Positions 19,501-29,392 of a stretch of DNA of 64,000 nucleotides are shown here, piece by piece. Within the stretch, counting starts at the first letter, position 1. Each line of letters opens with the position of its first letter. A model generated the notes under the pieces. The model searched no databases. It worked only from the letters and a program-made list of their open reading frames with translations, and was not told the origin of the DNA. A program made the position numbers and the translations under genes. The DNA lies in IMG/VR virus record IMGVR_UViG_2757320830_000006; one strand, 5' to 3'. The DNA comes from an uncultured virus (IMG/VR IMGVR_UViG_2757320830_000006) (Duplodnaviria > Heunggongvirae > Uroviricota > Caudoviricetes).

Positions 19501-20018
19501 TCACACTGGTAAACGGCAGCAATCCGGCTGTCTACAGACAGATTCCGGAGCTCAATGGACTGATGGATAAAGTCCGTGCCGGGCATAATAAGCTGCTCGA
19601 GGAAAAGCGTGCAGATCTTCTGGAGATTGTGCGCCAGTGCCTCGCTGAGATTCATCAGGCGGCAGGCGAAGGCGGCGAATTCAGAAATGTCATAGAGAAG
19701 GCGGACAACTACTTCACGCAGATGAAGAGTCAGATCGCCACCACCAGAACTATTGTCCTGCTCGACGGCATGACCACACAGATGTGGAACTACAAGGACG
19801 ACACCGTTGCGGCGATTGAATCCGCAAAGAAGCCGAAGAAACCGGTAAAGCCTGTGCAGCCGGATCAGCCGAAGAAGCATATCAAGAACTGCTATCGTCA
19901 GGCGATTTTCAAGCAGGCAACGCTGGAAAGTGAAGACGATGTAAATGACTATGTGGAGCGGATGCGCTCCTACCTGAATGCGCTTCTGAAGGACTGCGAC
20001 GGAATTAAACTTAACTGA
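16503..20018 (+). CDS. brxC: BREX P-loop ATPase BrxC
   Basis: 'DINRKINGVIKV', 'WISGFFGSGKSHFLK', 'VDEVGQY'. Confidence 0.96.
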   Translation: MRIQDMFVDDINRKINGVIKVDQEDTTTEQELNEYVITRELKRHFITFFNYYDDAFDAPTADIGVWISGFFGSGKSHFLKMLSYILENRTINGIPTVERFRKKFADDPATFMLIDKAAKAPTETILFNIDIEGFSNKDNTAVLKVFAKMFYNHLGFLGEDLKVAKLEQFVAKQGKTEEFRRVFEEKNGAPWVETRESFGFFEDDVVETLEEVLGMSETAARNWFNGTETAEISIAQLVSEIKDYVNSKPKNFRLLFMVDEVGQYVGTDTNLLLNLQSLVEKVGSECGGKVWIVCTGQEAIDEIIKVRMDEFSRIQARFKTRLSLSSSAVDEVIQKRLLTKKPEARTVLTDLYERNDYVLKNLFSFTDSVLDIKGYSGPEEFVVNYPFVPYQFILIQKIFSEIRKHGAAGKHYSGAERSMLDGFQIVAKSIEDKNEHAIAPLYPFYDSVHSFLDGSIRRVIERCQKAADNHDGIEDYDVKVLKLLYLIRYIDDVKANLDNIVILMSDDIRTDKIELRQTVQKSLDRLKSQNYIDRRGDAYIFLTDEEQDIARDIANTSVDTAKIVERIGQMIFGDIYTQKKYRYGKYDFPFDEMVDSTSIGAVTGGMTLRFLTVAADVTDKQELRLMTESKGAAIVVLADTPYYESLENAMKIRKYVKQRNVNQLAKSVQDIIRDQQDEAGKYETSAKEELEKAIAGAEFYVDGEHIEIKSGTPVSKIDQALEYLVAHVYSELDLITKNAETDADIIEILRGTNPEMAGMENNRDAAAKVEEYLEMQSMKKLPTSMDDIQTRYQKIPYGWKEIDIAAVVALLIYQQKVTIKYGGAQIRPDNPKLPDMLRKKTERGKAMISMKQSASAQKMKAAKEIMREYFDIMDVPDDQDALVKLILDKFKDQKQHYEELNSRYAGHKYPDHDKVTAAIKLMDDVLSQEKDDIALIDRLVADETKLFDSKDDMQPVEAFFKNQVTVFDSAVKMEADLRNDLPYIQKDEETNEALNQIRKITLVNGSNPAVYRQIPELNGLMDKVRAGHNKLLEEKRADLLEIVRQCLAEIHQAAGEGGEFRNVIEKADNYFTQMKSQIATTRTIVLLDGMTTQMWNYKDDTVAAIESAKKPKKPVKPVQPDQPKKHIKNCYRQAIFKQATLESEDDVNDYVERMRSYLNALLKDCDGIKLN

Positions 20019-20082
20019 TGCCCCAAATCTTTGATTTGGCTGGCAGAAGTTATACAGAGTAGAACTAAGAGAGGAATCTTTC

Positions 20083-23000
20083 ATGGATAAGAATGCAATA
20101 AAGAAATACGCAGTCTGGGCACGAAATGAACTCATCGAGCGCGTTTCACAGAAAGCGGATCAATATGAGATCAGCGCGGATGCTGATCCGACTGCGGACT
20201 CTGCACATGGAGTTCTTCTGACAGCGGATGAGAAGAAGCAGCGTGCGGCTCTGATCGCGCAGGTAAAAGAAAAAGGACAGGATCAGGTGATGGAGGAGGT
20301 TGCCTACACCTGGTTCAACCGCTTCTCTGCCCTGCGTTTTATGGAGGTCAATAACTATCTTCCTTCCCGCGTCCGTGTTTTTACGGATGAAAATGGGGCT
20401 TTCAAGCCGGAAATTCTTTCTGATGCGATCCATCTGGAGCTGGACGGTCTCGATATGGAGAAGGTCTATGCGCTGAAGGATGCCAATGACGATGACGCGC
20501 TGTTCAAGTATCTCATCATCACGCAGTGCAATGCGCTCTCGAACGTTCTGCCGGGAATGTTCCAGAAGATCGCAGACTACACCGAGTTGCTCTTCCCGGA
20601 CAATCTGCTCCGGGAAGGAAGCGTTGTGGAACGAATGATTACTGATATTCCGGAGAAAGACTGGAATGTAGAAGAGGGCGGGCAAATTGAAATTATTGGA
20701 TGGCTTTACCAGTATTACATGTCGGAAAAACATGAAAAGGTAGTAAATGCTATTGGAAAGAAAACTGTAGAGAAAGAAGATATTCCAGCTGCGACGGAGC
20801 TATTTACACCTGATTGGGTAGTTCGCTATATCATTGATAATTCTGTCGGAAGATACTGGATTGAACGGAATTCAAACAGCAATCTGAAAAATGTATTGGA
20901 GTATTTTGTCGCGCCGAAGGATGGCAATATTTCGATTGTGAATGAAAAGATAACTCCAGAACAGCTCACCGTATTCGATCCTTGTATGGGCAGTGCTCAC
21001 TTTGGGGTCTATGCCTTTGATGTGCTCGAAAAGATTTACACAGAGTACGGTTATACAGAGCGTGAAGCGGCGGCGTTAATCGTGCAGAATAATTTGTTCG
21101 GACTCGATATTGATGAGCGTGCTGCACAGCTTGCCAGTTTTGCCATCACTATGAAGGCGATTCAGTACGACAAACGATTCCTGAAGCGTGGTATTCAGCC
21201 ACACTTCTATGAGATAAAGGAAAGCAATCATGTAGATCCTTTTACGGTAGATTACTTTGCAAACGGAAATGCAAGCCTTAAAAGAGACATCCAGTCAATC
21301 ATCAATGATACAAAAGACGCGAAAGAGTATGGCTCTATTATTCAGATAAAGCCGGTTGATTTTAATGCACTTTTTGAGCGGTTTGATGAAATTAAAGATG
21401 ACATTAGTCTGAGCCAGATTGATGCGCTGAATACCTTACTTCCGCTGGTGCGGGAAGCAAAGATTTTGTCGGATAAATATGCCGTTGTGGCGACGAACCC
21501 GCCATATTTAAACAAACTGGATGCCCGCTTGAAATCATATATAACCGAGAACTACAAAGATTACTCCAGTGATCTTTTTAGCGTGTTCATGTATAGGAAT
21601 TTTTCTTTTTGCAAATATGCTGGATATTCTGGTTTTATGACACCTAATGTGTGGATGTTTATTTCTTCATATAAAAAACTGAGGGAGTACATTATCAACT
21701 CAAAGTCAATGGCTGTATGTGTTCAGCTTGCAAAGGGAGCATTTTTTAAGGAGGCCACAGTAGACATATGCATGTTTGTTTTACAAAATTCTTCAGATAG
21801 AGATGGTTTATACATCCGCCTTGAAAAATTTAACGGTGGCATGGACTTACAAAATGAAAAGCTCCTTGATGCAATAAATGGTGACTGTAGTTATACGTAT
21901 ATTAGGAAATTGCATGATTTTACTCGAATTGATGGGATGCCTTTTGCTTATTGGATAAGTAGTAAGTTTGCCTACATATTTGAGACGGCAAAGCCACTTT
22001 CAAAAGTAGCTCCACCTAAGCAAGGATTAGCGACAGCTGATAACAATCGATTCTTGAGGTTGTGGCATGAGTTGCGATTTTCGAGCATAGGTTTTGGAAT
22101 GAAGGATTGCGATGAAGCTGAAAAAAGCGGTATGAAATGGTTCCCTTATAATAAGGGAGGAGCTTTTAGAAGATGGTATGGTAATAGGGACTATGTCGTA
22201 AATTGGGAGAATGATGGATACGAAATAAGGAATTTTAAAGATGATAAGGGAAAGGTGAGATCGAGACCTCAAAACACAAATTATTATTTTAAACCTTCTA
22301 TTACATGGTCTGATCTTACGAGTGCGAGTTTTTCTGGACGATATTGTGAAGGCGGATTTATTTTTGACATAAAAGGATCAAGTGGGTTCCCTTCAAAAGA
22401 TAATCATCTATATTTACTTGGCCTGCTTAATTCAAAAATATCTCAGGAGTGTATTTCTGTACTTAATCCAACAATAAGTACACAAGTTGGAGACATGTCA
22501 CGGATACCAGTTTTTATTGACAATGACAAAAAAGAGGCAGTTAACAGTCTTGTTGAAGAATGCGTAAACATCAGTAAGAATGATTGGGATTCTTTTGAAA
22601 CATCATGGGATTTTAAGAAACATCCATTTATTGGTAATTATTCTAAGATAAGCGAAGCCTTTTCCTCTTGGACAGAGACTTGTGAGGGACGATTTAAAAG
22701 GCTGCTTACCAATGAAGAGTCTATAAATAGCCTTTTTATAGATATCTACGGACTAGCAGGAGAACTATCTCCAGAAGTTGATAAAGATAATATTACTGTT
22801 AGTTTAGCCGATAAAAAGCAAGGAGTGAAAAGTTTTATTTCCTATGCTGTTGGTTGTATGATGGGGCGTTATTCATTGGATGAAGATGGCCTTGCATATG
22901 CAGGCGGAGATTGGAATGCTTCAAAGTACAAGACATTTCTCCCAGATAAGGATGCTATTATTCCGATTACGGATGATGAATATTTCACGGACGATATTGT

Positions 23001-23526
23001 TGGACGCTTCGTAGAGTTCATTCGTACAGCATATGGGACAAATACCGTAGAGGAAAATTTGCAGTTTATTGCGGATGCACTTGACGGGAAGGGAGCAACA
23101 TCGCGAGAAATAATTCGAAATTATTTTTTAAATGATTTTTATGCAGATCATTGCAAGATCTACCAGAAACGTCCGATCTACTGGCTCTTTGACTCCGGTA
23201 AGAAGAACGGTTTCAAGTGCCTTGTCTACATGCACCGCTACCAGCCGGACACCATTGCCCGTATCCGCACAGACTATGTTCATGAACAGCAGGCGCGTTA
23301 CCGTACGGCGATTTCCGGTCTGGAACGCCAGATAAATGGAGCGCCGACATCCGAGCGTGTTCGCTTGAATAAGCTGATGACAAAACTCAAGGATCAGGCT
23401 GAGGAAACACGTCTCTATGAAGAGAAGATTCATCACCTTGCAGATCAGATGATAGAGATCGATCTCGATGACGGAGTGAAGCATAATTATGCGATATTCC
23501 AGGATGTTCTGGCGAAGATAAAGTAA
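20083..23526 (+). CDS. pglX: BREX-1 adenine methyltransferase PglX/BrxX
   Basis: 'EEVAYTWFNR', 'FTPDWVV', 'DPCMGS', 'NPPY', 'YQKRPIYW', 'IDLDDGVK.NY'. Confidence 0.96.
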   Translation: MDKNAIKKYAVWARNELIERVSQKADQYEISADADPTADSAHGVLLTADEKKQRAALIAQVKEKGQDQVMEEVAYTWFNRFSALRFMEVNNYLPSRVRVFTDENGAFKPEILSDAIHLELDGLDMEKVYALKDANDDDALFKYLIITQCNALSNVLPGMFQKIADYTELLFPDNLLREGSVVERMITDIPEKDWNVEEGGQIEIIGWLYQYYMSEKHEKVVNAIGKKTVEKEDIPAATELFTPDWVVRYIIDNSVGRYWIERNSNSNLKNVLEYFVAPKDGNISIVNEKITPEQLTVFDPCMGSAHFGVYAFDVLEKIYTEYGYTEREAAALIVQNNLFGLDIDERAAQLASFAITMKAIQYDKRFLKRGIQPHFYEIKESNHVDPFTVDYFANGNASLKRDIQSIINDTKDAKEYGSIIQIKPVDFNALFERFDEIKDDISLSQIDALNTLLPLVREAKILSDKYAVVATNPPYLNKLDARLKSYITENYKDYSSDLFSVFMYRNFSFCKYAGYSGFMTPNVWMFISSYKKLREYIINSKSMAVCVQLAKGAFFKEATVDICMFVLQNSSDRDGLYIRLEKFNGGMDLQNEKLLDAINGDCSYTYIRKLHDFTRIDGMPFAYWISSKFAYIFETAKPLSKVAPPKQGLATADNNRFLRLWHELRFSSIGFGMKDCDEAEKSGMKWFPYNKGGAFRRWYGNRDYVVNWENDGYEIRNFKDDKGKVRSRPQNTNYYFKPSITWSDLTSASFSGRYCEGGFIFDIKGSSGFPSKDNHLYLLGLLNSKISQECISVLNPTISTQVGDMSRIPVFIDNDKKEAVNSLVEECVNISKNDWDSFETSWDFKKHPFIGNYSKISEAFSSWTETCEGRFKRLLTNEESINSLFIDIYGLAGELSPEVDKDNITVSLADKKQGVKSFISYAVGCMMGRYSLDEDGLAYAGGDWNASKYKTFLPDKDAIIPITDDEYFTDDIVGRFVEFIRTAYGTNTVEENLQFIADALDGKGATSREIIRNYFLNDFYADHCKIYQKRPIYWLFDSGKKNGFKCLVYMHRYQPDTIARIRTDYVHEQQARYRTAISGLERQINGAPTSERVRLNKLMTKLKDQAEETRLYEEKIHHLADQMIEIDLDDGVKHNYAIFQDVLAKIK

Positions 23527-23540
23527 AGGAGGCGAGGTTT

Positions 23541-26150
23541 ATGGCTCTGCCTGATTCAGATAAAGTAATACAGGAATTAAACCGCCGGTTTGCCGTCCCA
23601 CTCCCGGAGTTCTATGCCCGTCGGATCATTTTCTGGTACGATGATGATCGGGATTTCGAGGAGAAGGTTCAGATTGGAGAAATTGAACTGGCGGACGCAA
23701 AGCTCATCGCGCTCGATGAGACGAATAATTTTGAAATAAAGAAGCTTCTCACTCATGACGACAAGACGAGCAATTTCTGCGTCTATTGCCCGGTCACTTA
23801 TCCGGATGAGAAAAACTGGCTTCTGCCAGTGCAACTTTACAGCGAGGAGTTCCGTGCGGATCTTGTATCCATCTGGCTTGAGGAGATGGGCATCGAGAAC
23901 ACTGCAAACCTTCGGAAAACGGTCAAGGATTACCGTTCGTTCTTCAAAACTAAAGCGCATCGTACAAAGGTGGCAAATCTCAATCAGAAGGTCACCGCGC
24001 CCGTGCAGCTTCATAAGGCAGTGATTGCGGTTCTTTGCGGCGTGAAGGATACCGGGCCGAATCTCCTTATTCGGACGGTGCTCCGTGCCGGAACTGATCA
24101 GGAGCAGAACAGCATATACCAGTCTCTCGTAAAATATGGAGCATACTCTGTTTTCTGGCAGATGGTGGCTCAGGTCACCGGTTATCGTGAGGAAACGCCT
24201 GATCTCGGCAGGCTCTCCTGCCATATCCTGATGACGGCGGCAACACGTACTATGCGCATGGATAATCTGATCGGTCTGGATGGGTTTATTTCTATCCCGC
24301 ATCAGAGCTATTGCTACGATTTCATGTCGGAGTGGATGCATTCGGATGAGACGCGGGAGCTTTATAGCATTGCAAGACAGACCGAAGATGAACTACGCCT
24401 TCCGGCAAGATTCAGTCAGCTGCCGATTGAAGAGCTTACCCAGACAGAAATCTTTCCGTGCATCGATGAGTGCATTCTGAAAAAACTGATGACGGACATC
24501 ATCGATCATACGATTAATGTGGATGTCATCGAACAGACCGCGGAGCAGCGCCGGACGATGCTTTGGTATGAGCGAGTGCAGAACTTTTATGAGGGAGTTC
24601 TGGAGGTCGCGCACATGCAGAAGTTCTATCTGGACCATGCCGCCGGATTTCATACCGTGGAGCCGCATAAGGTCTGGAAGGAATACACTACTGATTACTA
24701 TAAGATGGATACCTGCTACAGGCTTTTCCATGTGGCGTTCGGGAAATCTCTGAATTCATCCAATCCGCTGCTCGACGACCTGTTTAAGCATGTGGCGGAC
24801 AATGTGGAAGGACTGTACGCAAACTGGTATCTGGATAATCTTGGCACCAACTGGGCAACTGCCGCATCGGACAACCTGAAGGAATACGGCAGGATTATGG
24901 AGGTGCCGCAGCAGCGGGATTTCTATCGCACCCACGTGCAGAATGCCGATACTCGCGTGTTTGTGATTATTTCCGATGCCATGCGCTATGAAGTAGCGGC
25001 AACACTATCTGAAGAGCTGCGCCGGGAAACGCAGGCAGAGGTTAAGCTGTCATCCTGCGAGGGCATTTTCCCAACTGTGACGAAGTTCGGCATGACAGCA
25101 CTCCTTCCGCACAAAGAGCTCTCCGTAGAACCAAAGCCAAATGGCGTTCTCGGCGTGCTGGCGGATGGAAAGCCTACAGATGCTCCCTATCGTGACGGGA
25201 TTCTGAAAGCGGCGAATCCTGCCAGTGTGGCGCTTAAGTATAAAGATCTCATCAAAATGAAACGCGCTGAACGCAGTGCGCTGGTCAAGGGCATGGAGGT
25301 TGTGTATATCTACCATGACAGGATTGACGAAACCAGCCATACTGATGAACTTGAAGTCTTCAATTCGTGCGATGATGCAATCAGTGAAATTAAGAACATG
25401 GTGCGGATCATTGTGAATGAGTTCAGTGGAACGAGGATCTTTATTACTTCTGATCACGGCTTCATTTATACCTACAAGCCGCTGACAGAGGATGCCAAGG
25501 TGGATAAAACGACATCTTCTGCCGATGATATTGAAGTAGACCGGCGTTACCTGATCACGAAAAAAGGTGCAAAAGCTGAATATATGCTGCCGGTGAAATT
25601 CCTTGACGGCACTCAGTATGATGCTTTTGCGCCGATTGGAAACACACGCATTAAGAAAAAAGGCGGCGGCATGTATTTCGTCCACGGCGGGATCAGCCTG
25701 CAGGAAATGGTCGTGCCTGTCATCGACTACCATTACATGAGGACTGACAGCGCTGGATACCAGCGGAACAAAAAGAAATACAACACGAAGCCTGTAACAC
25801 TGAATCTGCTCTCGGCAAGCCGTAAGATCAGCAATATGATCTTCTCGCTGAACTTCTACCAGAAGGAAGCTGTCGGAGCTAATCGGGAAGCAACTACATA
25901 TCTGCTGTATTTTGTGGATGCGGAAGGCACGCAGGTTAGCGATACGCAACGGATTATTGCGGACAAGACAAGCGATAATAATCAGGACAGGACGTTCCGC
26001 GTGAGCTTCAACCTGAAATCAATGAAATACAGTAACAAAGAAAGCTACTGTCTGGTAATTACGGACGAAAGTGGTCTGCAGCTGCCTCAGCGCGAAGAAT
26101 TCTCCATAGACATTGCCTTTGCTGTGGATGACTTCAATTTCTTCAGCTAA
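23541..26150 (+). CDS. pglZ: BREX-1 phosphatase-fold protein PglZ
   Basis: 'RRIIFWYD', 'IISDAMRYE', 'ITSDHGF', 'FVHGG.SLQE'. Confidence 0.96.
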   Translation: MALPDSDKVIQELNRRFAVPLPEFYARRIIFWYDDDRDFEEKVQIGEIELADAKLIALDETNNFEIKKLLTHDDKTSNFCVYCPVTYPDEKNWLLPVQLYSEEFRADLVSIWLEEMGIENTANLRKTVKDYRSFFKTKAHRTKVANLNQKVTAPVQLHKAVIAVLCGVKDTGPNLLIRTVLRAGTDQEQNSIYQSLVKYGAYSVFWQMVAQVTGYREETPDLGRLSCHILMTAATRTMRMDNLIGLDGFISIPHQSYCYDFMSEWMHSDETRELYSIARQTEDELRLPARFSQLPIEELTQTEIFPCIDECILKKLMTDIIDHTINVDVIEQTAEQRRTMLWYERVQNFYEGVLEVAHMQKFYLDHAAGFHTVEPHKVWKEYTTDYYKMDTCYRLFHVAFGKSLNSSNPLLDDLFKHVADNVEGLYANWYLDNLGTNWATAASDNLKEYGRIMEVPQQRDFYRTHVQNADTRVFVIISDAMRYEVAATLSEELRRETQAEVKLSSCEGIFPTVTKFGMTALLPHKELSVEPKPNGVLGVLADGKPTDAPYRDGILKAANPASVALKYKDLIKMKRAERSALVKGMEVVYIYHDRIDETSHTDELEVFNSCDDAISEIKNMVRIIVNEFSGTRIFITSDHGFIYTYKPLTEDAKVDKTTSSADDIEVDRRYLITKKGAKAEYMLPVKFLDGTQYDAFAPIGNTRIKKKGGGMYFVHGGISLQEMVVPVIDYHYMRTDSAGYQRNKKKYNTKPVTLNLLSASRKISNMIFSLNFYQKEAVGANREATTYLLYFVDAEGTQVSDTQRIIADKTSDNNQDRTFRVSFNLKSMKYSNKESYCLVITDESGLQLPQREEFSIDIAFAVDDFNFFS

Positions 26151-26155
26151 AGGAT

Positions 26156-28285
26156 GTGATACGAATGGATGATATTTCTACCGGGGAAAAGAGTTCCCGT
26201 GAAATCATAAAAGAAAAGCTTCGTCAGAACTTTGACGGAAAGATCGTGCGAAAAGATCTGACCAAGAAGATCAAGGAAGGTGCAAACGTACCGGTTTATG
26301 TCCTTGAGTTTTTGCTTGGACAGTACTGCAGCTCAGACGATGAAGAGGTCATCGAACAGGGCATAGAAAATGTAAAGCGGATTCTGGCGGACAATTTTGT
26401 TCGTCCGGATGAAGCGCAGAAAGTCCTCTCCAAGCTCCGTCAGCGCGGAAGTCATACCATCATTGATATGGTGACGGTGAATCTGAATCTACGCTATGAC
26501 GAGTATGAAGCAAGCTTCTCAAACCTGGGCCTTGCTGGAATTCCGATCAGTGAGGATTATCCGGAAAAGTATGACCGCCTGCTCTGTGGCGGTATCTGGT
26601 GCATTGTGCAGCTGGAGTATGATTCCGGCGAGGATGCTGTGCCGGATATTATTTCTACGTCCGGCGAAAGAATTCAGTCAAAGCGGAAAAAGCAGAAGGA
26701 CCTGACACCAATTAGCATACGGAAACTGACTCCGATCCAGCTGCCAAGCGTAGATATGGACGGTCTCAAGGAAGGCCGGAAAGAATTCACGAAGGATGAA
26801 TGGCTTGATATTCTGATGCGCTCCATCGGGATGGAGCCGGATGAGCTGACGTACAGGGAGAAGTGGCTGCTTCTCACCCGGATGATTCCGCTTGTAGAGA
26901 ACAATTTCAATCTCTGCGAATTAGGACCACGTTCAACAGGTAAATCCTATCTGTATAAGGAAGTATCGCCGAATAGCATTCTTGTTTCCGGCGGGCAGAC
27001 GACTGTCGCGAATCTCTTCTACAACATGGGCCGGAAGACCATCGGACTTGTCGGCTTATGGGACTGTGTAGCCTTTGATGAAGTCGCGGGAATCAAATTC
27101 AAGGATAATGACGGCATCCAGATCATGAAGGATTACATGGCATCCGGTTCCTTTGCCCGTGGCAAGGAAGAAAAGGCCGCTTCCGCGTCAATGGTTTTTG
27201 TCGGCAACATCAATCAGAGCGTGGATGTACTTCTGAAGACATCGAGCCTGTTTGATCCTTTCCCGCCGGAGATGGGAACCGATACCGCATTCCTTGACCG
27301 CATTCACTGCTATCTGCCGGGCTGGGAAGTGCCAAAGTTCCGACCGGAGCATTTTACGGATGACTATGGATTCATTACGGATTATCTGGCCGGATGGATT
27401 CGCGAGATGCGGAAGGAGCAGCTCGGCGATGCGCTGGATCATTATTTTCATCTCGGAAAGAACCTGAATCAGCGCGACGTAATTGCTGTCCGCAGAATGG
27501 TTGACGGCTACCTGAAGCTGCTATATCCGAACGGAGAATTCACAAAAGAAGACGTCGAGGAAGTTCTGCAGATTTCTCTTGAAATGCGCCGCCGTGTGAA
27601 AGAGCAGCTCAAGAAGCTCGGTGGAATGGAATTTTATGATGTGAATTTCAGCTATATCGATAACGAGACATTTGAAGAGAAATATGTCTCCGTCCCGGAG
27701 CAGGGCGGTGGGAAGCTGATTCCGGAGGGTATCTGTAATCCCGGACAAGTTTACACGGTATCCCGCGGCAAGACGGGAATGCTCGGTGTCTTCCGGCTGG
27801 AATCTCAGATGCTGCCGGGAACTGGAAAACTTGTCTGCACCGGCCTTGGAAGTGATCGCGGCGCGAAGGAAGCAACGAACACAGCGTTCAATTTCCTGAA
27901 GGCAAACGCCAAGAGAATCAGCGGTTCCATCAGCATGACTTCGAAGGACTATAACATCAATTATCAGGATCTGCAGGGAATCGGCATGACAGACAAGCTG
28001 GCGCTTCCAACAGTGATATCCATCTGCTCGATTGCGCTGAACCGTCCTACGCAGAGTTCGCTGGCCGTTCTTGGAGAAATTAGTATTGCCGGATCGATGA
28101 TCAAAGTAGACGAGCTCGCGAATGCGCTGCAGGTCTGCCTCGACAGCGGCGCAAAGAAAATCCTACTTCCGATTACGTCAGCCGCAGACATGGGAACCGT
28201 TCCCCCAGAGCTGATGGGAAGCTTTCAGATCATCTTTTATCAAAGCGCCGAGGACGCGGTGTTCAAGGCGTTGGGAGTGGAATAG
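26156..28285 (+). CDS. brxL: BREX Lon-like ATPase BrxL
   Basis: 'VRKDL', 'NVPVYVLEFLLG', 'ELGPRSTGKS', Lon-like C-terminus. Confidence 0.96.
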   Translation: MIRMDDISTGEKSSREIIKEKLRQNFDGKIVRKDLTKKIKEGANVPVYVLEFLLGQYCSSDDEEVIEQGIENVKRILADNFVRPDEAQKVLSKLRQRGSHTIIDMVTVNLNLRYDEYEASFSNLGLAGIPISEDYPEKYDRLLCGGIWCIVQLEYDSGEDAVPDIISTSGERIQSKRKKQKDLTPISIRKLTPIQLPSVDMDGLKEGRKEFTKDEWLDILMRSIGMEPDELTYREKWLLLTRMIPLVENNFNLCELGPRSTGKSYLYKEVSPNSILVSGGQTTVANLFYNMGRKTIGLVGLWDCVAFDEVAGIKFKDNDGIQIMKDYMASGSFARGKEEKAASASMVFVGNINQSVDVLLKTSSLFDPFPPEMGTDTAFLDRIHCYLPGWEVPKFRPEHFTDDYGFITDYLAGWIREMRKEQLGDALDHYFHLGKNLNQRDVIAVRRMVDGYLKLLYPNGEFTKEDVEEVLQISLEMRRRVKEQLKKLGGMEFYDVNFSYIDNETFEEKYVSVPEQGGGKLIPEGICNPGQVYTVSRGKTGMLGVFRLESQMLPGTGKLVCTGLGSDRGAKEATNTAFNFLKANAKRISGSISMTSKDYNINYQDLQGIGMTDKLALPTVISICSIALNRPTQSSLAVLGEISIAGSMIKVDELANALQVCLDSGAKKILLPITSAADMGTVPPELMGSFQIIFYQSAEDAVFKALGVE

Positions 28286-28299
28286 GAGGACAATGTTTA

Positions 28300-29349
28300 T
28301 TGAAATATTATGTGCCTAATATGGAGCTTGTAGGGGCTCTTAAATTTGTAAAACAATTGGATGAGACTTCAGTAGAAACTTCAGTAGAAGATGAAACTGA
28401 GGTCACCTTTGATTTTTCACACATGAGCAACTTTGATCCTCTTCCCATGTTGATAATGGGTTCTGCGATGAAGAACTATCGTCACCGTTACCCCGATATT
28501 CCTTTTTATATTTCTGGTACTGATTCAGCAGGAAAAGGATATGCCGGCACAATGGGGTTTTTCAAATACATATCCAAATCGTTAGGAATAGGCAAAATGC
28601 CTGGCGAAGCAACTGGAAGTTCAAATTACATTCCTATCACGCCGATTGTGATTAACGAACTTCAGCAAGAAGAATTTCAACAAGGAAACTATTTGGCACT
28701 TGGCGACATTATAGAAAAAGAATCAGGAAGGCTGGCAAGAATAGTAGATAGAGGGAACCCTGAACTGCATAAATTGTTGACATACCTGATTCGGGAAATA
28801 ATCAGGAATACCCCCGAACATGCAAAAACTGATACTGTGTGGGTTTGTGGACAGTATTGGCCATCATATGAATTAGCAGAAATAGCAATCGCAGATGAAG
28901 GCATAGGAATATACAACAGTATCATTCAAAACCCGGCACATAGGAGCTATATAACGGACAATGTACTATCGCTAAAATGGGCGTTGAAAGCGGGTATTTC
29001 CGAAGCATTCCGGCCATCCGCAAAGCAGCGTAGTAATGACGAATGGGCGAATTCCGGGTTTGGATTGTATATGGTTAGTGAGATATGCAGGCACTTGAAC
29101 GGGAGTTTCTGCATCATCAGTTACGGAAATTATATTTTAATTGATAATCACGGCGTTAGTGAAGGCGAGACAGCATATAAAGGTACAGCTATTAGAATGC
29201 GGGTTCCTTCGAAGAGGATATCCAGTGCTCAAGAAATAATAAATCGTATAGCTTCTCAAGGAGAAAATGAGGCAAGAACGATAAGAAATGCATTTATAAA
29301 AGCTTCTACTCCATCAAAGGGGCTAATGACTGAATTAAACATCGACTAA
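28300..29349 (+). CDS. STAS-like + GHKL (HATPase_c) protein, unknown function
   Basis: N-box 'EIIRNTPEHA', G1 'DEGIGI', G2 'SGFGL'; N-terminal 'VTFDFSHMSNFDP' STAS-like; AT-rich; TTG start. Confidence 0.7.
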   Translation: MKYYVPNMELVGALKFVKQLDETSVETSVEDETEVTFDFSHMSNFDPLPMLIMGSAMKNYRHRYPDIPFYISGTDSAGKGYAGTMGFFKYISKSLGIGKMPGEATGSSNYIPITPIVINELQQEEFQQGNYLALGDIIEKESGRLARIVDRGNPELHKLLTYLIREIIRNTPEHAKTDTVWVCGQYWPSYELAEIAIADEGIGIYNSIIQNPAHRSYITDNVLSLKWALKAGISEAFRPSAKQRSNDEWANSGFGLYMVSEICRHLNGSFCIISYGNYILIDNHGVSEGETAYKGTAIRMRVPSKRISSAQEIINRIASQGENEARTIRNAFIKASTPSKGLMTELNID

Positions 29350-29353
29350 GTAT

Positions 29354-29392
29354 AAGAGGCAGCAGGCAAATGAATCACCCGCTGCCTCTTTT
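29354..29392. terminator. Terminator between convergent genes
   Basis: AAGAGGCAGC ... GCTGCCTCTTTT. Confidence 0.75.

Noticed and set aside
18333..20135. 600-aa antisense ORF
   Set aside because: Mirror frame of brxC with no independent motifs
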